In this document: in pieces, positions 44,898-63,294 of the stretch | How positions within the stretch are numbered: the stretch's first letter is position 1 | How the letters are laid out: each line of letters begins with the position of its first letter | Origin: Piromyces finnis finn | Lineage: Eukaryota > Fungi > Neocallimastigomycota | Direction: 5' to 3' | Assembly: GCA_002104945.1 (NCBI GenBank) | Contig: MCFH01000001.1 | Location: 2,170,001-2,234,000 of the forward strand | DNA: 64,000 nucleotides | Made by a program: the position numbers and the translations under genes | The notes under the pieces: model-generated | Told to the model about the DNA's origin: nothing | Databases searched by the model: none | Seen by the model: only the letters and a program-made list of their open reading frames with translations

Positions 44898-47800
44898 AAA
44901 AAAAATAATAATAATAATAATAAAATAAAATGAAAATGTATAATTATCTTTGTAATATATAATAAATTTATATGTAATATAGTTATAAGTATTATAAATA
45001 CTATTAAAAAAAAATAAAATAAAATTTATTTTATTTTCAATAGTTGTAAAAAGAGAAACTTGTAGTGCTAATAAATTGATCTTTATATTGTCAAATTAAA
45101 GTTTAGTATTTTAATGCCTGCCTATTAATTAGATAGTTATATTGTTAAATTATTATTTCAGTATTAATTAATTAATTAGATTTTATATTGTTATATATTA
45201 TTTTAGACCAGTACTAATATTATAGTTAATAATATATATATTAGGGTTTATAAAAACTAATTTATGAAAGTAATTACAGTATAAAAAAATTTTTTTAAAT
45301 AAAATTTTATTTAAAAATATAGTTTATAGAATTATAAAATTGTAAATATATATATGTTAAATATTATACTTGTATAAATTGATTATTACTAAAAATTTAT
45401 ACTTTTAATAAAATGAATCACTAATAAATTATGGTATAATAAATATATATAAGCAGTTATAAAAAAAAAAAGAAATTAATATAGCAATATAACATAAGCA
45501 TCAAACCAATACATTACATATTATAATAGTTTTTTTAAATATATGTTGTTTTTTTTTGATCTTTTAAAGAAGATATTGTTGTAGGACATTAATAATTTAA
45601 TTCGTTGAAATATTACATTACATTTCAAATGGAATACATAAAATTCCATAGATTATTTATCCTTGTATAATATTTGACAAGGGTAAATAAATATATAAAA
45701 AGTATAAATATTAGGATTATTACAATAGTTATTTATATTATAATATATTAATAATTTAATATATTTAATATTGTTTTTATCAATAGTTATTAAAATATAT
45801 TATCCATTCAATACAATATATTATTTTTAGTTATTATAATATTAAATGATATGAATTGATAATTTATTCAAAACATTTTTTGAAATATTTAAAAACAATT
45901 TTTAAATTATTATATTATATTATTTTTATATGATATAATATATTTAATATATTATAGCAATGTTGTAATTCTTACTTTTGTTTATATTTTATTTTATTAA
46001 ATATTTACATTATAAAATGAACAATTTTTTAAAAAAAAATATTATACAGAATATGAATTAAAATTAATAATATATTTTTAATAATATATCGATAAATAAA
46101 TCTTAATATATTAAAATATACTTTATAATAAATTAAATTTCTATAATCATCCACAAAAAAAAGTTTTCATTATTCAATGATTTATTATTATTTTTTTTTT
46201 GGTATTATTATTATAATTAATAATTAATTATTATTATTATTCGATATATTAATACTATCAAAAACATATAAATAATTGATAATAATTATCACACCCATTA
46301 ATAATACTAAATAATCAAGATTTCATTTTATACTTTTTATTATAGCTAAATTTAAGCATACTAAAAGGATCTCCTATGTAAATAGTTGTTTGTTTTTTAT
46401 GAATAGTTTTAATTTATAAATTTTAAATGATGTATAGACTATTGATATTGGTATTAAAGGACTTTGACATCAATGTAGTCATATAATCCTTCTTTATTAA
46501 TGCCCATTTATTCAATTACAATTTAATCAAAATTAAAAATCTTTATTAATATATATTACATTAAGAAAAATTACATTTTATTTTTAATATGATTTACAAT
46601 TATTATGGCATACATTAATTATTTAGTCATTTATCTGTATATTCATTCATCAATTCTTTATTACAAAATCTCTATTATTGTTGTTATTAATGATGTTGTT
46701 GTTGTTGTTAATATATAATTCCACAGCTTCATTCCATCAATAATTAAAAATTATTTTTTTTTTTTTGGTTGAAATTTTTTAAATTTCTTGGTATAATTTT
46801 ATTTTTCAACTACAATTATAAAGAAATTCTATTATTAAGAATTTTTAAATGTAACAAATAACGAAAATAATTATATATAAAATCAATATATTTCAATATA
46901 TTGATTAAAAAAATTTTATATAAATATAAAATTTTAAAACGAAAATTACATTTTGAAAATAAAAATAAATTGACTTTTATAAAAGATTCCATTTATTATT
47001 CGTAAAAACTAAAAACTAATATTTATATATTAATGATACTTCTCGACTAAATATAACTATAAAATATTATTATTCATATTGTAAGTTTCTTATATTTTTA
47101 ATAAATAAAAAAAGATAAAATGTTTTTTTTTTCCTAAATTGTTAAAATATAAAAAGTTTTTTTTTTTTTTTCAATAATGTTATTAACTTTTATATTTTCT
47201 TTTTTCTTTTAATATATAATAAAATGATAATAATATTTGGTATTCTTTTTAAATAAAAAAATATATTATAGTATTGTATTATTGGTAGTTTTCCAATTGT
47301 ATATATAATAAATAATAAATATTGTATAAATATTAAGGTAAAAAAAAAAAGTCTTCATTGTCATTAATATTTATATATTGTGATAATTATAATAAAAGAA
47401 AATGTTTTATATATGTAATTATATTCAAAAAGATATATGAAAATATATATTTATAAAAAAGATGAATAAGGTTTATAATTTATACATATTTTATTTATAA
47501 ACATTCTTTAAATAATATTAATGAGTAAAAAATAAATAAGTAAATAAATAGCTCTTATAATGTATTAACAATAAAAGTAACAATTCATGTTCACAAAAAT
47601 AAAAGTCAATTTATAAAGATATATAGAGAAAAAAAAAGTTTATTTAGTAATTATAAATTTTAAAAGCAAAAAGTTAAACCCTATTAAAACAAACTCTCAA
47701 TTATATAATATAAACTCGATAAACAAGTAAAGTAAATAATTATATATACATAATTGTTAAAGTAAATTATAATAATTTTTAAAAGTAAGCTATCAAAAGT

Positions 47801-48374
47801 AGCTAAATAAAATTAATAAATAAAATAAATCAAAAAAATATAAAAAAATAATTACTTTCGATATTTGGTATATATAATATATTAATACTATTTAAATTAT
47901 AAATAGCAAACGATAACTTTATTATAATTAATATTCCATTTTAAGAAATATAGCTCTTTTTTTTTTAACATTCTTTAAAAAAAAAAAAAATAAATAAAAT
48001 AAAATAAAAAATAATAAATTAACATTCTATTTATTAATATTTTTGTTTTATTATTACTATCGTAGATAACTCAATCCACAAAATTTTATTTTTAATTTAT
48101 ATTTCAAAATTGACCTCTTTAATATCAAAAAACTATCATAAACAAAAATTAAAATATATCAACTTAACTAGAATTTATATATAACAATTAATTTAATATA
48201 TAGAAACGTCTTCTTTTTTTTTTTTTTAATATATCGGAAAATATAAAATCGCCATTTTTAAAAATTCTCATTTTTTAATACCTTTAAAAAAAATTAATAA
48301 TAATTCCATATTTATATATATGATAAATAAAAGTTTTATACAAATAATAAAATCATACTTTACATAATATAAAA

Positions 48375-52839
<4,465 letters not shown>

Positions 52840-53020
52840 AAATAGAATGTATTTAAGTAAAATAGCATATTTTATAAAAACAAAAAATAATAATAATAAT
52901 TTTTCAAATTTACAAATAACCAATATCCATTCAATTCATTAATAATATATTTATAGATTACTTATTTACTTATAATTAAAAATCAATTAAATAATTATTG
53001 ATTTTTATTAATTTTCACTA

Positions 53021-53051
<31 letters not shown>

Positions 53052-53219
53052 TATTCATTATATATTATATATTAATTCTTTATTTTCAAATATATAAAAA
53101 AAAAAGAGATACCAAAGGATGAATCATTAAATTCCTAAAAAAAAGCATTAAAAGTTTTATTAAATAAAAAATAATAATAAAATATTTATTTATAATATTA
53201 CGTAACTTAAAAAAGATAT

Positions 53220-53223
53220 CTAT

Positions 53224-53286
<63 letters not shown>

Positions 53287-53361
53287 TAATTATTAGTACG
53301 TATATATTTAAATAAAAATTAAAAGAAATAGAATTATATACTTATTTATTTATTTATTTGT

Positions 53362-53428
<67 letters not shown>

Positions 53429-53589
53429 TAATTATTAGTAAGTATATATTTAAATAAAAATTAAAAGAAATAGAATTATATACTTATTTATTTATTTATT
53501 TATTTATTTACTTATTTACTTACTTATTTATTTATAATTATTAGTACGTATATATTTAAATAAAAATTAAAAGAAATAGAATTATATAC
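53220..53589. repeat. Three copies of a 56-bp core separated by variable (TTTA)n tracts
   Basis: Core ATAATTATTAGTA(C/A)GTATATATTTAAATAAAAATTAAAAGAAATAGAATTATATAC at 53286-53341, 53428-53483 and 53534-53589. Confidence 0.9.
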
Positions 53590-54639
53590 AAATTCTATTT
53601 ACTATTATTAAAATGAATTTATAGGAATGATTTTTGTTGTGTAATTTATGTAATTGGTATATTGATGTTCATAGATATAATTAGTTTGATTAAATTGGTT
53701 TAGATAAAAACTGGCATTGATTGATTAATTTTATTGATGAAAATTAATAATTAAAATATAATAAGCTTATGAGAAAATATTTTAATATTAAAATAATATT
53801 ATGAATGATTTATTTTTAAAAGAAGATTTTACTAATAATTACATGAAAATACCAAAATAGAATGTTTTTTAATAATATTTCTTAATAATTTTATATATAT
53901 ATAATATGTCAATGTAATGTCAATACTTGGTAATTTAATATATTTGTTTAGGTTGGTGTCATTGAATTATTTAATATTCCAAGAATAAATAATAAAAAGA
54001 ATTTCGAATTTCTATTATTGAAATTTAATTTAATATTTTGAAACAAAATTTTGATAAATTAAAAAAAAATCTTTTGATACAATAACAAATCTATAGAACA
54101 AAAATTATTTATATTATTAATAGTTATATAATCATTGTTATTCAGTTGTATATAACTATTTCTAATAAATAATTGTTCATTACCTTCATATCTATTTATT
54201 TATATTAAAAAGTATTAATGATAAATCAAAGTCTTCTTTATATACTTTTATAAAATATTTTATAATGATATATAAATTTGTTGAATTACTATTATTTTTT
54301 ATTTTTAATATTAATATCAAATTTTTTTTATAAAAAGATTTTAACACTTTCATAACCCTCTTTATAAATTAATATTACTAATAACTAATAGCGAAATGTT
54401 AATTTTTTCATACTTTTAATTGATACTGGGGAAATATTTAAATAATAATTTTTTATTCATCCTTTTCATATAGCTATTTTAAGCAAATATTTTTTATTAA
54501 TTTATAATATAATCAATATATGTATTATATGGTATTGGTAAATTATATATTTACTATTTTGCTTTAGATATGTTAACATAAAAATTAAATAAGCTATATC
54601 ACATAATGCCATTAACATGTCTTTTTTTTTTTTTTTTAC

Positions 54640-54679
54640 AAAATTTATCTATTGATATCAATATCAATAGATAAATTTT
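54640..54679. repeat. Perfect 19-bp inverted repeat with a 2-nt spacer
   Basis: AAAATTTATCTATTGATAT-CA-ATATCAATAGATAAATTTT. Confidence 0.9.
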
Positions 54680-57623
54680 CAATTAAGGCAAATTTAAATT
54701 ACAAAAATTTTATTATGTGAATAATAAACTTTTTATAACTAAATTTTTTAATTGTCATTATTACATTATTATACAATTATACAATACTTTATTATCTTTT
54801 TTTATTTTAATTTGTTTGAATATCATTAAAAAAAAAATATTTTAAATAAAAATGAAATTTAAACTTTTTTATATTTTTTTTTTTCAAATAGATAAAATGG
54901 TTTAACCTAATTTTATAATTTAATTATTTCTATATATGTATCATTGTAAAAAAAAGAAATTTTTGTAATTTTTTTAAAATATATTTCTTTATTCTAATAA
55001 ATTAAAATTACATGTAGTTTAAAAGTATGATGGAAAATGCATTTCATTAATAAAATTAAAAAAAAAAACAACCTTGTCTAATAAAATTTGAATAAAAAAT
55101 ATTTTTTACAATTTTAAATATTTCATTTATCTAACCCTTTAAAATTATTTAATCTAACCGATAAATTTATAAAGAAAAATTAATACCAAGAAAAAAAACA
55201 ATTTTATTTAAAATGTAACCCACATAATATTACATAAATATTACCATTATGAATAAAAAAGTAAATAAATAAATAAATAAATAAATAATTATAACTTTTT
55301 TTAAATAATTAATAGGAACTAATTAGTGAATCAGTCATTATAACCATTGAATTAAAAATTTTAAAACTTTTCCAATATAATAAAGAAAATACTATCTAAA
55401 TAAAAAAAAGAAAAGCCCTTTTTTTTATGATATTTTAAAACAAATTTAAATATTATTCATAATCTAACCACTAATATCAAATTAAAAAAAATAAGAATTT
55501 GTTATTAAATAAGATTAATAAATTTCCTCCTTTTTTTTGTGGACATGATACAAATGTTTTAGTAAAATAAAATATATTATTTTAATATATCATTTTCTAC
55601 TTTCTATATAAATTCAATAATTTTTAATAAAAAAAATATAAAAAGAGATATCGTCCGTACAAAGTATAATATTTAATAATAGAAGATAAAATTCTATTTA
55701 TAATTAATAGGATCTTTAGTAACTTTATTTGATTGGTCTATTTTTTGTTACATTATTTCTTTTATTGATTAATCAATAAAAATTTAATTATTACTTTAAA
55801 ACAGATCTTTCCCCAATTTAACAGTTTAAAAACAATGTAGAGGTATAGAAAATTTATTTTTTTTTATAATATATAAGTTTTTTAGTTTATATATTCTGTG
55901 ATAAAATAGTTTAATACTTGTATTACTAGTGTATTTTACTATTTACGTATTTTTTTCTTCTTTTTAATAATGATTTATATATGGTTGAACTTTTTTATTT
56001 TATTGTTATTAGAGTATTAATTAAATTTAAATATTAATATAATAAATAATATAAATTTTAATTTATCATTGTATATATTGTGTATATTTGCAATAATATA
56101 TTTTATAATATATTCAACTATATAAAATAAAATACAATTTATTAATTGTATAATATATTCAATATAATTATGTAATCAATTATTACATTTCAAATAATAT
56201 TTTTAATATACATTTATAATTAATGTACATTACATTTAAATGTAATATAATTATTATACTTTTTTAGAAATTCAACAACATACATTGTATTGGTATAAAC
56301 ATAAATAAGTAAATAAATAAAATTATTAATATATATTAATATATATTATTATATATTGAATAAAACAATAAATTATATTAAATAATAATATTTTTATGTG
56401 ATAATATTAATAAATAATATTAAATACTGATGAGATATATTAAAATAAAAGATAACCCTTTGAAATGTAAATTAATAGATTAATAATAAATTAAATAAAT
56501 TTTTAGAATGGAAATTATAATAATTATATATAATATATAAATGAATAAATCAACATTTAGATAAAATTTATAATTTTTACCACAATACTAAAATTTGATG
56601 GTAAAAAATTAAAAATTTATTATATTTTAACATTCATATGGTGAACTTATTGATATATTATAAATCATATTAAAAATAGTTATAATACCTAATAATTAAA
56701 AAAAGAAAATTAATCATTATATATAAAGATTAAGGTTTCCTATATTTCACTTTTTTATTCAAAAAAAAAAAAAAAAAAAAAGAAGTAAATAATAAACATA
56801 AACGAAAATAATTGATACAACTACTTATATAGTTATTGTTAACTATTTTTATATTATTATTCCAGAAGAAACAAACATTAATCATTAATACTATAATAAT
56901 AAAAACAATAACAATAAAGATAACAACATAACAATAATAATCAAAATTAGGGATATATAAAATATTAAAATTAGTATAAAGTATATTTTTTTAAAAAAAA
57001 AAAACTAAATATTTTTACTTTAAAAGATATATTGTAATAATAAAACGTGAAAAGTAAGTGAAGAATAAAAATAAAATAAGTAATATTTTTTTTATAATTA
57101 TATAATTATATTTTGGAATTATTTTGACAAACTAATTATATTTAATTTAATAAATTGAAAAAAAATTTTATAAAGATTAAGAAAATATTTAACATTAAGA
57201 GATAGAAATATTATAACTTAAGAAGCTTAAATTAATAATATTTAAACTAAAATAAGATGCAAAAATTTTATTAAAAGGTTTATTAAATAAATATTATTAC
57301 CAAAAGGTAAAAAAAAAAAAAAAAAAAGAAAAGAATAATATATTAAGTGTTTTAAATTCCTTTTTTATTTTTTTACTAATGGATAATATTTTTTTAATAA
57401 TATTTTTTTAATAATTCAATTATTATATAAGATAATAATTTATAATAAGCAACTACTTTTTTTTTTTTAAATAAAACCAATAAAGACAACCATATTTCAC
57501 ATAAATATAAATCAAAATTAAAATATCATATTTAAATACCTCAGTTAAAGCATTTTAATATATATAAAATAAATTTTAAAATATCCTTATCAAAAATTAA
57601 CATTTTTTTAATAAAAAGTAACA

Positions 57624-60600
57624 ATGAGTACAAATATAAGTAGAAGGCCACCACCACCACCAAAGCGTATATCATCTGTATTTCAGGAAGGTCCAAAACA
57701 TCCAGAACCAAAAAATCAAAATCCATTAAAAAATGAAATAGAAATAGGAGGTAGTGATGATGATAATTCAATTGATTCTCTTATGAAAGATTTATCGACT
57801 TTAAGCTTCGATGATTTAGTTGAAAAACACTCTGAAAATTCAAAAAAATCAAATAGTCCATTAAAAACAGCTCTTCAAAATAATTCTAATAAAAAAAATG
57901 ATACGAATAATATCTTAGATGGTTTAAATGATTCAAGTTCAAGTTCTTTAAAGTTAGAGTTAACAGCAGAAAACAGTGAAAAAGAAAATTCAATTTTAGA
58001 TGTTAAAATTAGTTCTTCACCTGTATTAAAAGATTTAAACATTTCAGATGATAATTCGTTAGAAAAGAAAGCTCATTCACCTGAAAAGGAAGCTAGTTCA
58101 TTTAAAGAAGAAAAGTCTAAAGAAGAAAAATCCGAAAAGGAAAAATCTCATAAAAAGGATAAAAAGTCCAAAAAAGATAAACATAAATCAAAAAATAAAT
58201 CACCATCATCATCTAATAAAAGTCCTCTAAGCTCAGCTATAAATCCTACTAACTCAATGATGGGTTCACCAAATGGTAATGTTATAAGCCCAATTTTACC
58301 ACAAGTTATTTCTCCTATAGTTAGCCCAAATCAACCTATATCACCAAATTTGAATCTAAGTTTTGATCAAGTAAGTGTTCAACTTCAGCAATTACAACAA
58401 GTACTTGTACCAAGTATTGTTCAAAGAACTCAGCAGTTAACTCAACAAAGAATAGCTTATGCTAACCAATTAAGTTTCATTCAAACTCAACCAGCCACTC
58501 CAGAAAATCAACAAACATCTATACAACTTTATCAAATGGTTAATAACATTAATCAACAATTAATTATAAATCAAAATCAATTTAACTTGGCTCAACAACA
58601 AATAAGACAATTTCAACAAATTCAACAAGATTTAATTCAAAATGTTCCACAGCCTGGAGCTTTATTAACAAGTCCGGCAAGTAATGTAAGTCCAACAAAT
58701 TCACAACTTCCAAAATCTTCAACCCCACAACGAACTTATTCAATAAATAAAAATAAGAATTCTTCAGAAGTTCCAGAAATGTCACCAACTGAATCCCTCA
58801 TACTTAGTACTGACTCAGATGAGCCAGAAATTAAAAATAAAGAAAACAAAATAAATATTGAATCAGTTAATCTTGATGATTTAGCAAAGGTTGCATTAAT
58901 AGAAGGTGAAGAAGAAAAATCAACAAAAAGTGTATTTGACGATAAAAGCGAATCAGAAAAAATTTCTATTGATAGTAATAAGCATTCAAAAATAACAGAA
59001 AAAGAAGAAAAAGAAGTCACTCGTTCCAGATCAAGAAGTTCAATAAAATCTTCAAGTTCTAGAAAACATCATTCAAGATCTAGATCTAGATCAATAACAA
59101 GAAGTATTTCTAATGAAAACAATGAAGTTAAGGAAGGTTCCAAACTTCGTAATGATATTAGTAATGAAGTTAAACAAGATATTAATAATGAAGTACATGA
59201 AGATGTCAATCCTACAAAGACTATAAAAGCTTCTACAGTTAGTGTTCCTATAAATCCATCAAATGCTCAACCACCTCCACTCCCTAAACGTCAAGTTTTT
59301 ATTAATAATGTTCAACCAATACAGGTTCAACCAATACAAAAACAACAATCTTTAGATAATAATCAATTTAACAATTTAACTTCAATGCAAATACAAACCT
59401 TAAATAGAATAAATCAACCAAATAATCATATACAACAAGGCAGAACAATGTCTTATATAGGAAATTCTCCATCCTTTATGCATGGTCAGCCTGTTGTTGC
59501 TTCTAATTCAAATTCTCCACCAATAATTAATGGTCAAATGCCATTACCAATTAACAATATGAACTCTCCAAAACATGAATCTCTTTTAATGATTGGAAAA
59601 CCAAATGGTTCAATTGTTAATAATAGAATGAGTGTTCCTCCACCTTATATGAATCAAAACCAACCAGTCATTCCAGTCATTCCAACAAGAGGAGCAAGTG
59701 TTATTCAAAATCAGTCACCACCAGTCGTTCCAAATAGAGTCATATCTCCAGTTCAACAAAATCCTCCTCCAGTTATTCCAAATAGAGTCACATCTCCAGT
59801 TCAACAAAATCCTCCTCCAGTTATTCCAAATAGAGTCACATCTCCAGTTCAACAAAACCCTCCTCCAGTTATTCCAGCTAGAATGATAAGTAATCCAGTT
59901 CAAAATATGTCACCAAATGGTATGGCTCCTCAACAAAGACTTCCAGTACAAGGTATGCCACCACAAGGTATAATACAAAAACCAATTCAACCAGGTATGA
60001 ATCAAAATAGAATATCACTTTCTTCTTCACCAAGACCAGGAAGTGCAATAATAAATAATATACCACCACAAATAAATAAAACAAATTCACCAAGACCAAG
60101 TAGTGCAATAATAAATAATGTCCCACCACAAATAAATAAAACAAATTCACCAAGACCAAATAGTGCAATAATAAATAATGTTCCATCACAAATAAATAAA
60201 ACAAATTCACCAAGGCCAGGTAGCGCAATAATAAACAATATTCCACCACAACCACAAATTCCATTAAATAAAGTAAGTCGCTTAGATTCTTCTTCTTCAG
60301 TTTCATTCGATACTGAGGGAGATGATTCTATTAATGCTGATTCTGTTGATAATATTAACTTAAACAGAAGACCAACATTTAAGAAAGTCAATAGTAGTCT
60401 TAATTCTACAATTCGTTTAGGTGGATCTGATCTTACTGCTTTCCAAAAAACTATGGATGCTTATCGTCAAAATGTAAAAAAGACTTCTGATCCAGGCCTT
60501 CAATTTAACTATGCTAAATTCTTAGTTAATGCTGCAAATAATGAATTCCAAAATGATAAAGTGGTTAGAGAAGATTTATTAGAAGAAGGTTACCGTTTCC

Positions 60601-61698
60601 TTAAAAAATTAAGTAATAACGGATATCCAGAAGCTCAAAATTATCTTGCTTCCTTCTATATTAATGATAATGATTGGGATAAAGCATTACCATTATTAGT
60701 TCAAGCTGCAAAACACAATCATGGTCCATCATGTTTTGAAGTTGGTCAATACTATGAACGTAAGCGTGATAATGTAAAAGCAAATCAATATTATAAAAAA
60801 GCAACTTCTAATAATTCTACTGCTGGTATGTATCGTCTTGGTAAAGCAAGCTTAAATGGTGAATTAGGACATCGTAAAGATTTAAAAACAGCTGTTAAAT
60901 GGTTTAAACGTGCTCTTAATACTAATGAATCTGATGCCTCGACTGGAAAATGTGCTTTTGAAATGGCTCAGCTTTATGAAATCGGTTATCCACCAGTTAT
61001 TTATCAAGATGATAATTATGCTCTTGAACTTTATGTTCAAGGTGCAGAATTACAAGATGTTAAATCTCAATACAAACTTGGTGAATGTTTTGAAAGAGGT
61101 TATTTAGGTTGTCCGGTAGATGCTGCCCAATCTATACATTGGTACACTGTATCAGCTGAAGCTGGTGATCCTATGGCTCAATTTGCTTTAGCAGGTTGGT
61201 TCTTAACTGGTGCTCAAGGTATTATGGATGCTAATGATCAAGAAGCCTACCGTTTATCTGTTCTTTCTGCTAAACAAGGCTACCCAAAAGCAGAATATGC
61301 TCTTGGTTATGTAAGTATTTTTTTTTAATATATAAAGTTGAAAAATATGACATTAAATTGGCGATATTAATATTTCTATATTCATTTTTAGTTCTTTGAA
61401 ATGGGAGTTGGTGTTCAAGCTAATAAAACTGAATCCCATAAATGGTATAAGAAAGCTGCAGACCATGGTGATAAGAGGTATAGTTTTAATTTAATAATTT
61501 TTTTTTATAAAATTTTGAATAATTAAGAAATATTATTATATCACATTTAAATTAATTTATTATTAATATTCTTATATAAAATATAACAGGGCCCAAGATA
61601 AAATTAATGGTATTTTAATTTCAAGGAAACCTTCTTCTAATAGTAAGGAAAGAAGAAAATATATGGATGAACATCAACAAGAATGTGTAATATCCTAA
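57624..61698 (+). CDS. SKT5: Sel1-repeat chitin synthase activator (Chs4/Skt5-like) with a long Pro/Gln/Ser-rich N-terminus and C-terminal CAAX; 3 exons
   Basis: Y..NVKKTSDP.LQFNYAKFL, LKKLS..GYPEAQNYLA, AAKHNHG, MYRLGKA.LNGELG, AVKWFKRA, SQYKLGECFE.G.LGCPVDA..SIHWY..SAE.G, AQFALAGWFLTG. Introns starting at 61311 and ~61478 lead to ...QQECVIS* (TAA 61696-61698). Confidence 0.85.
59716..60250 (+). repeat. Two coding tandem arrays: 48-bp (SPVQQNPPPVIPNRVT, ~3.5 copies) and 60-bp (SPRPxSAIINNxPPQINKTN, ~3.7 copies)
   Basis: Visible in both the DNA and the translation of ORF 57624..61328. Confidence 0.85.
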
Positions 61699-62748
61699 GA
61701 AAAACAAACAAGGCAAAAAACAAAACAAAAAAATAATATTAAAATTATTAAATATTATCGAAATATCAATTAAAAATATAATTTAAAAAGATAAACATAT
61801 AATATATATTTTATATGTTTTCATTCATTAACATATTTATCCATTTTAACTTTAAATAGAATATATTTGCTTATTATGAATATAATATAGAATAAATGTA
61901 ATATATATTATATATATTATGTATTTATTTGATAATTATATTCTGTCTTTTTTTTTTTTATTATAATCTTAATGTCATTAAATATTTTTTCTTTAATTTA
62001 CTAATATGCTTAAATATATTATTAATAATAATTAGCACCTTTTTAATTTTTTAGAATTATCTTTTATATAACCTAATTAATAATAATAATAGTAAAAATA
62101 ATAATAATAAAAATAATAATATAACAATAACAATAATAACAACAATAATAACAAGAAAACAAAAACAAAACAAAAAAACAAAAAACAAAAAACAAACAAA
62201 CAAACAAACAAACAAAAATAAAAACAAGCAAAATAATTTAAAAACATTATTATAGTAATATAAAATTATAATGATAATAAATAGTATTATAAAATAGAAT
62301 AATAATCATAATAATTTTATATTAAAAAAAAAAAATAAACGTTTTTATTTTTAATTTATTATTTCTTTCAATTATAATTTTTAATATTATCATATCATAA
62401 GAATATTATTTTAATTATACTTTGAAATAAAATATATAAAGATATTATTTAAGCTATAATTTACTTTTTGATAATTAAATTATTAGTAAATTTTAGTTTT
62501 AAATATTTAACAATTAATAAAAATTATTTAAAATATTTAATATAATAATTGATAGAAAAGTATTTGAGATAATAATGTTTTTCTTTTTTTTTTTTTTTTT
62601 TTCTTCTTCTTCTTCTTCTTTAATTCATGTTTATAACAAATTCTTTCAATTTAAATAATAATAATAGTTATAAAATTTTATTTAAAATATATATAATTTG
62701 ATAAAAATTAAGAAAAACTCTACTGTATAACATGTTTTTATAATTATT

Positions 62749-63294
62749 TTTTTTTTTTTTTAACTTCCGAGTGCATTTCTCCCATCGATCAGAGTTAGCT
62801 CCAATGGTGGTTCTTAGAGAAACGTTGGCTCATTCCTATTGCTAGGTGGTTGTGACCCTCCTGGTCTGTCATACTGTTTCTTCAGCTTCGACGCTCACTT
62901 AATCCATGTACATTAGATGCATGTCGTTGTACGATATTTCACAACTACAATGCTAAGCCTCTTATAGTCAATTTGATCACGTGTCAACCGCCCCCTAATG
63001 TTTACACTTAAATTGATTAAGGAATATTATGTGTTTTTGGCATAGCCTAAGTCACCACTTATTAAGTTCTAATTTGGAATGTACCATGTACACTAGACCC
63101 TCTCAGGCCGGCTAGACGAGTGTTATTATCATAGTAGTAAATTAGAAAGTTCATTTATACTTACCTGAATATCATAACCCAACCCATGGCAAACCCAGTG
63201 GGAAAATCCACAGGCACTGACATCTGCGGGGTCGAACCAGAAGCCTTATGTATGCTAAGGAAACGCCTTAACAACCAGGATAAAAACTGGAACG
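62749..63294 (-). mobile_element. tRNA-Ala-derived SINE, complete insertion
   Basis: The 17-bp TSD ATGTTTTTATAATTATT sits at 62732-62748 and 63295-63311, with an A13 tail (plus-strand T run 62749-62761). The 5' head has B box GGTTCGACCCC (63238-63228) and CCTTAGCAT around anticodon AGC (63256-63254). The element is a GC-rich island in very AT-rich DNA. Confidence 0.88.
63219..63290 (-). pseudogene. Degenerate tRNA-Ala(AGC)-like head of the SINE; not a functional tRNA
   Basis: GCGTTTCCTTAGCATACATAAGGCTTCTGGTTCGACCCC aligns with the eukaryotic tRNA-Ala(AGC) anticodon-to-T-arm region, but the anticodon and acceptor stems do not pair. Confidence 0.7.

Noticed and set aside
46400-46745. Coding-like minus-strand fragments (WNEAVELYINNNN; LNKWALIKKDYM)
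   Set aside because: Interrupted by stops, with no consistent splice sites and no recognisable family.
63097-63114. 18-nt match (TAGCCGGCCTGAGAGGGT, minus strand) to a conserved bacterial 16S rRNA segment
   Set aside because: Similarity does not extend on either side, so it is treated as coincidence; there is no rRNA gene or contamination signal.
63157-63240. U1 snRNA gene on the plus strand (starts ATACTTACCTG; loose echoes CCATGGCA and CTGACATCTGCG)
   Set aside because: No U1-70K loop (GATCACGAAG), no Sm site and no terminal stem. The region lies inside the TSD-bounded SINE and overlaps its tRNA head on the other strand.
63219-63290. Functional tRNA gene
   Set aside because: Acceptor and anticodon stems cannot pair; better explained as a SINE head.
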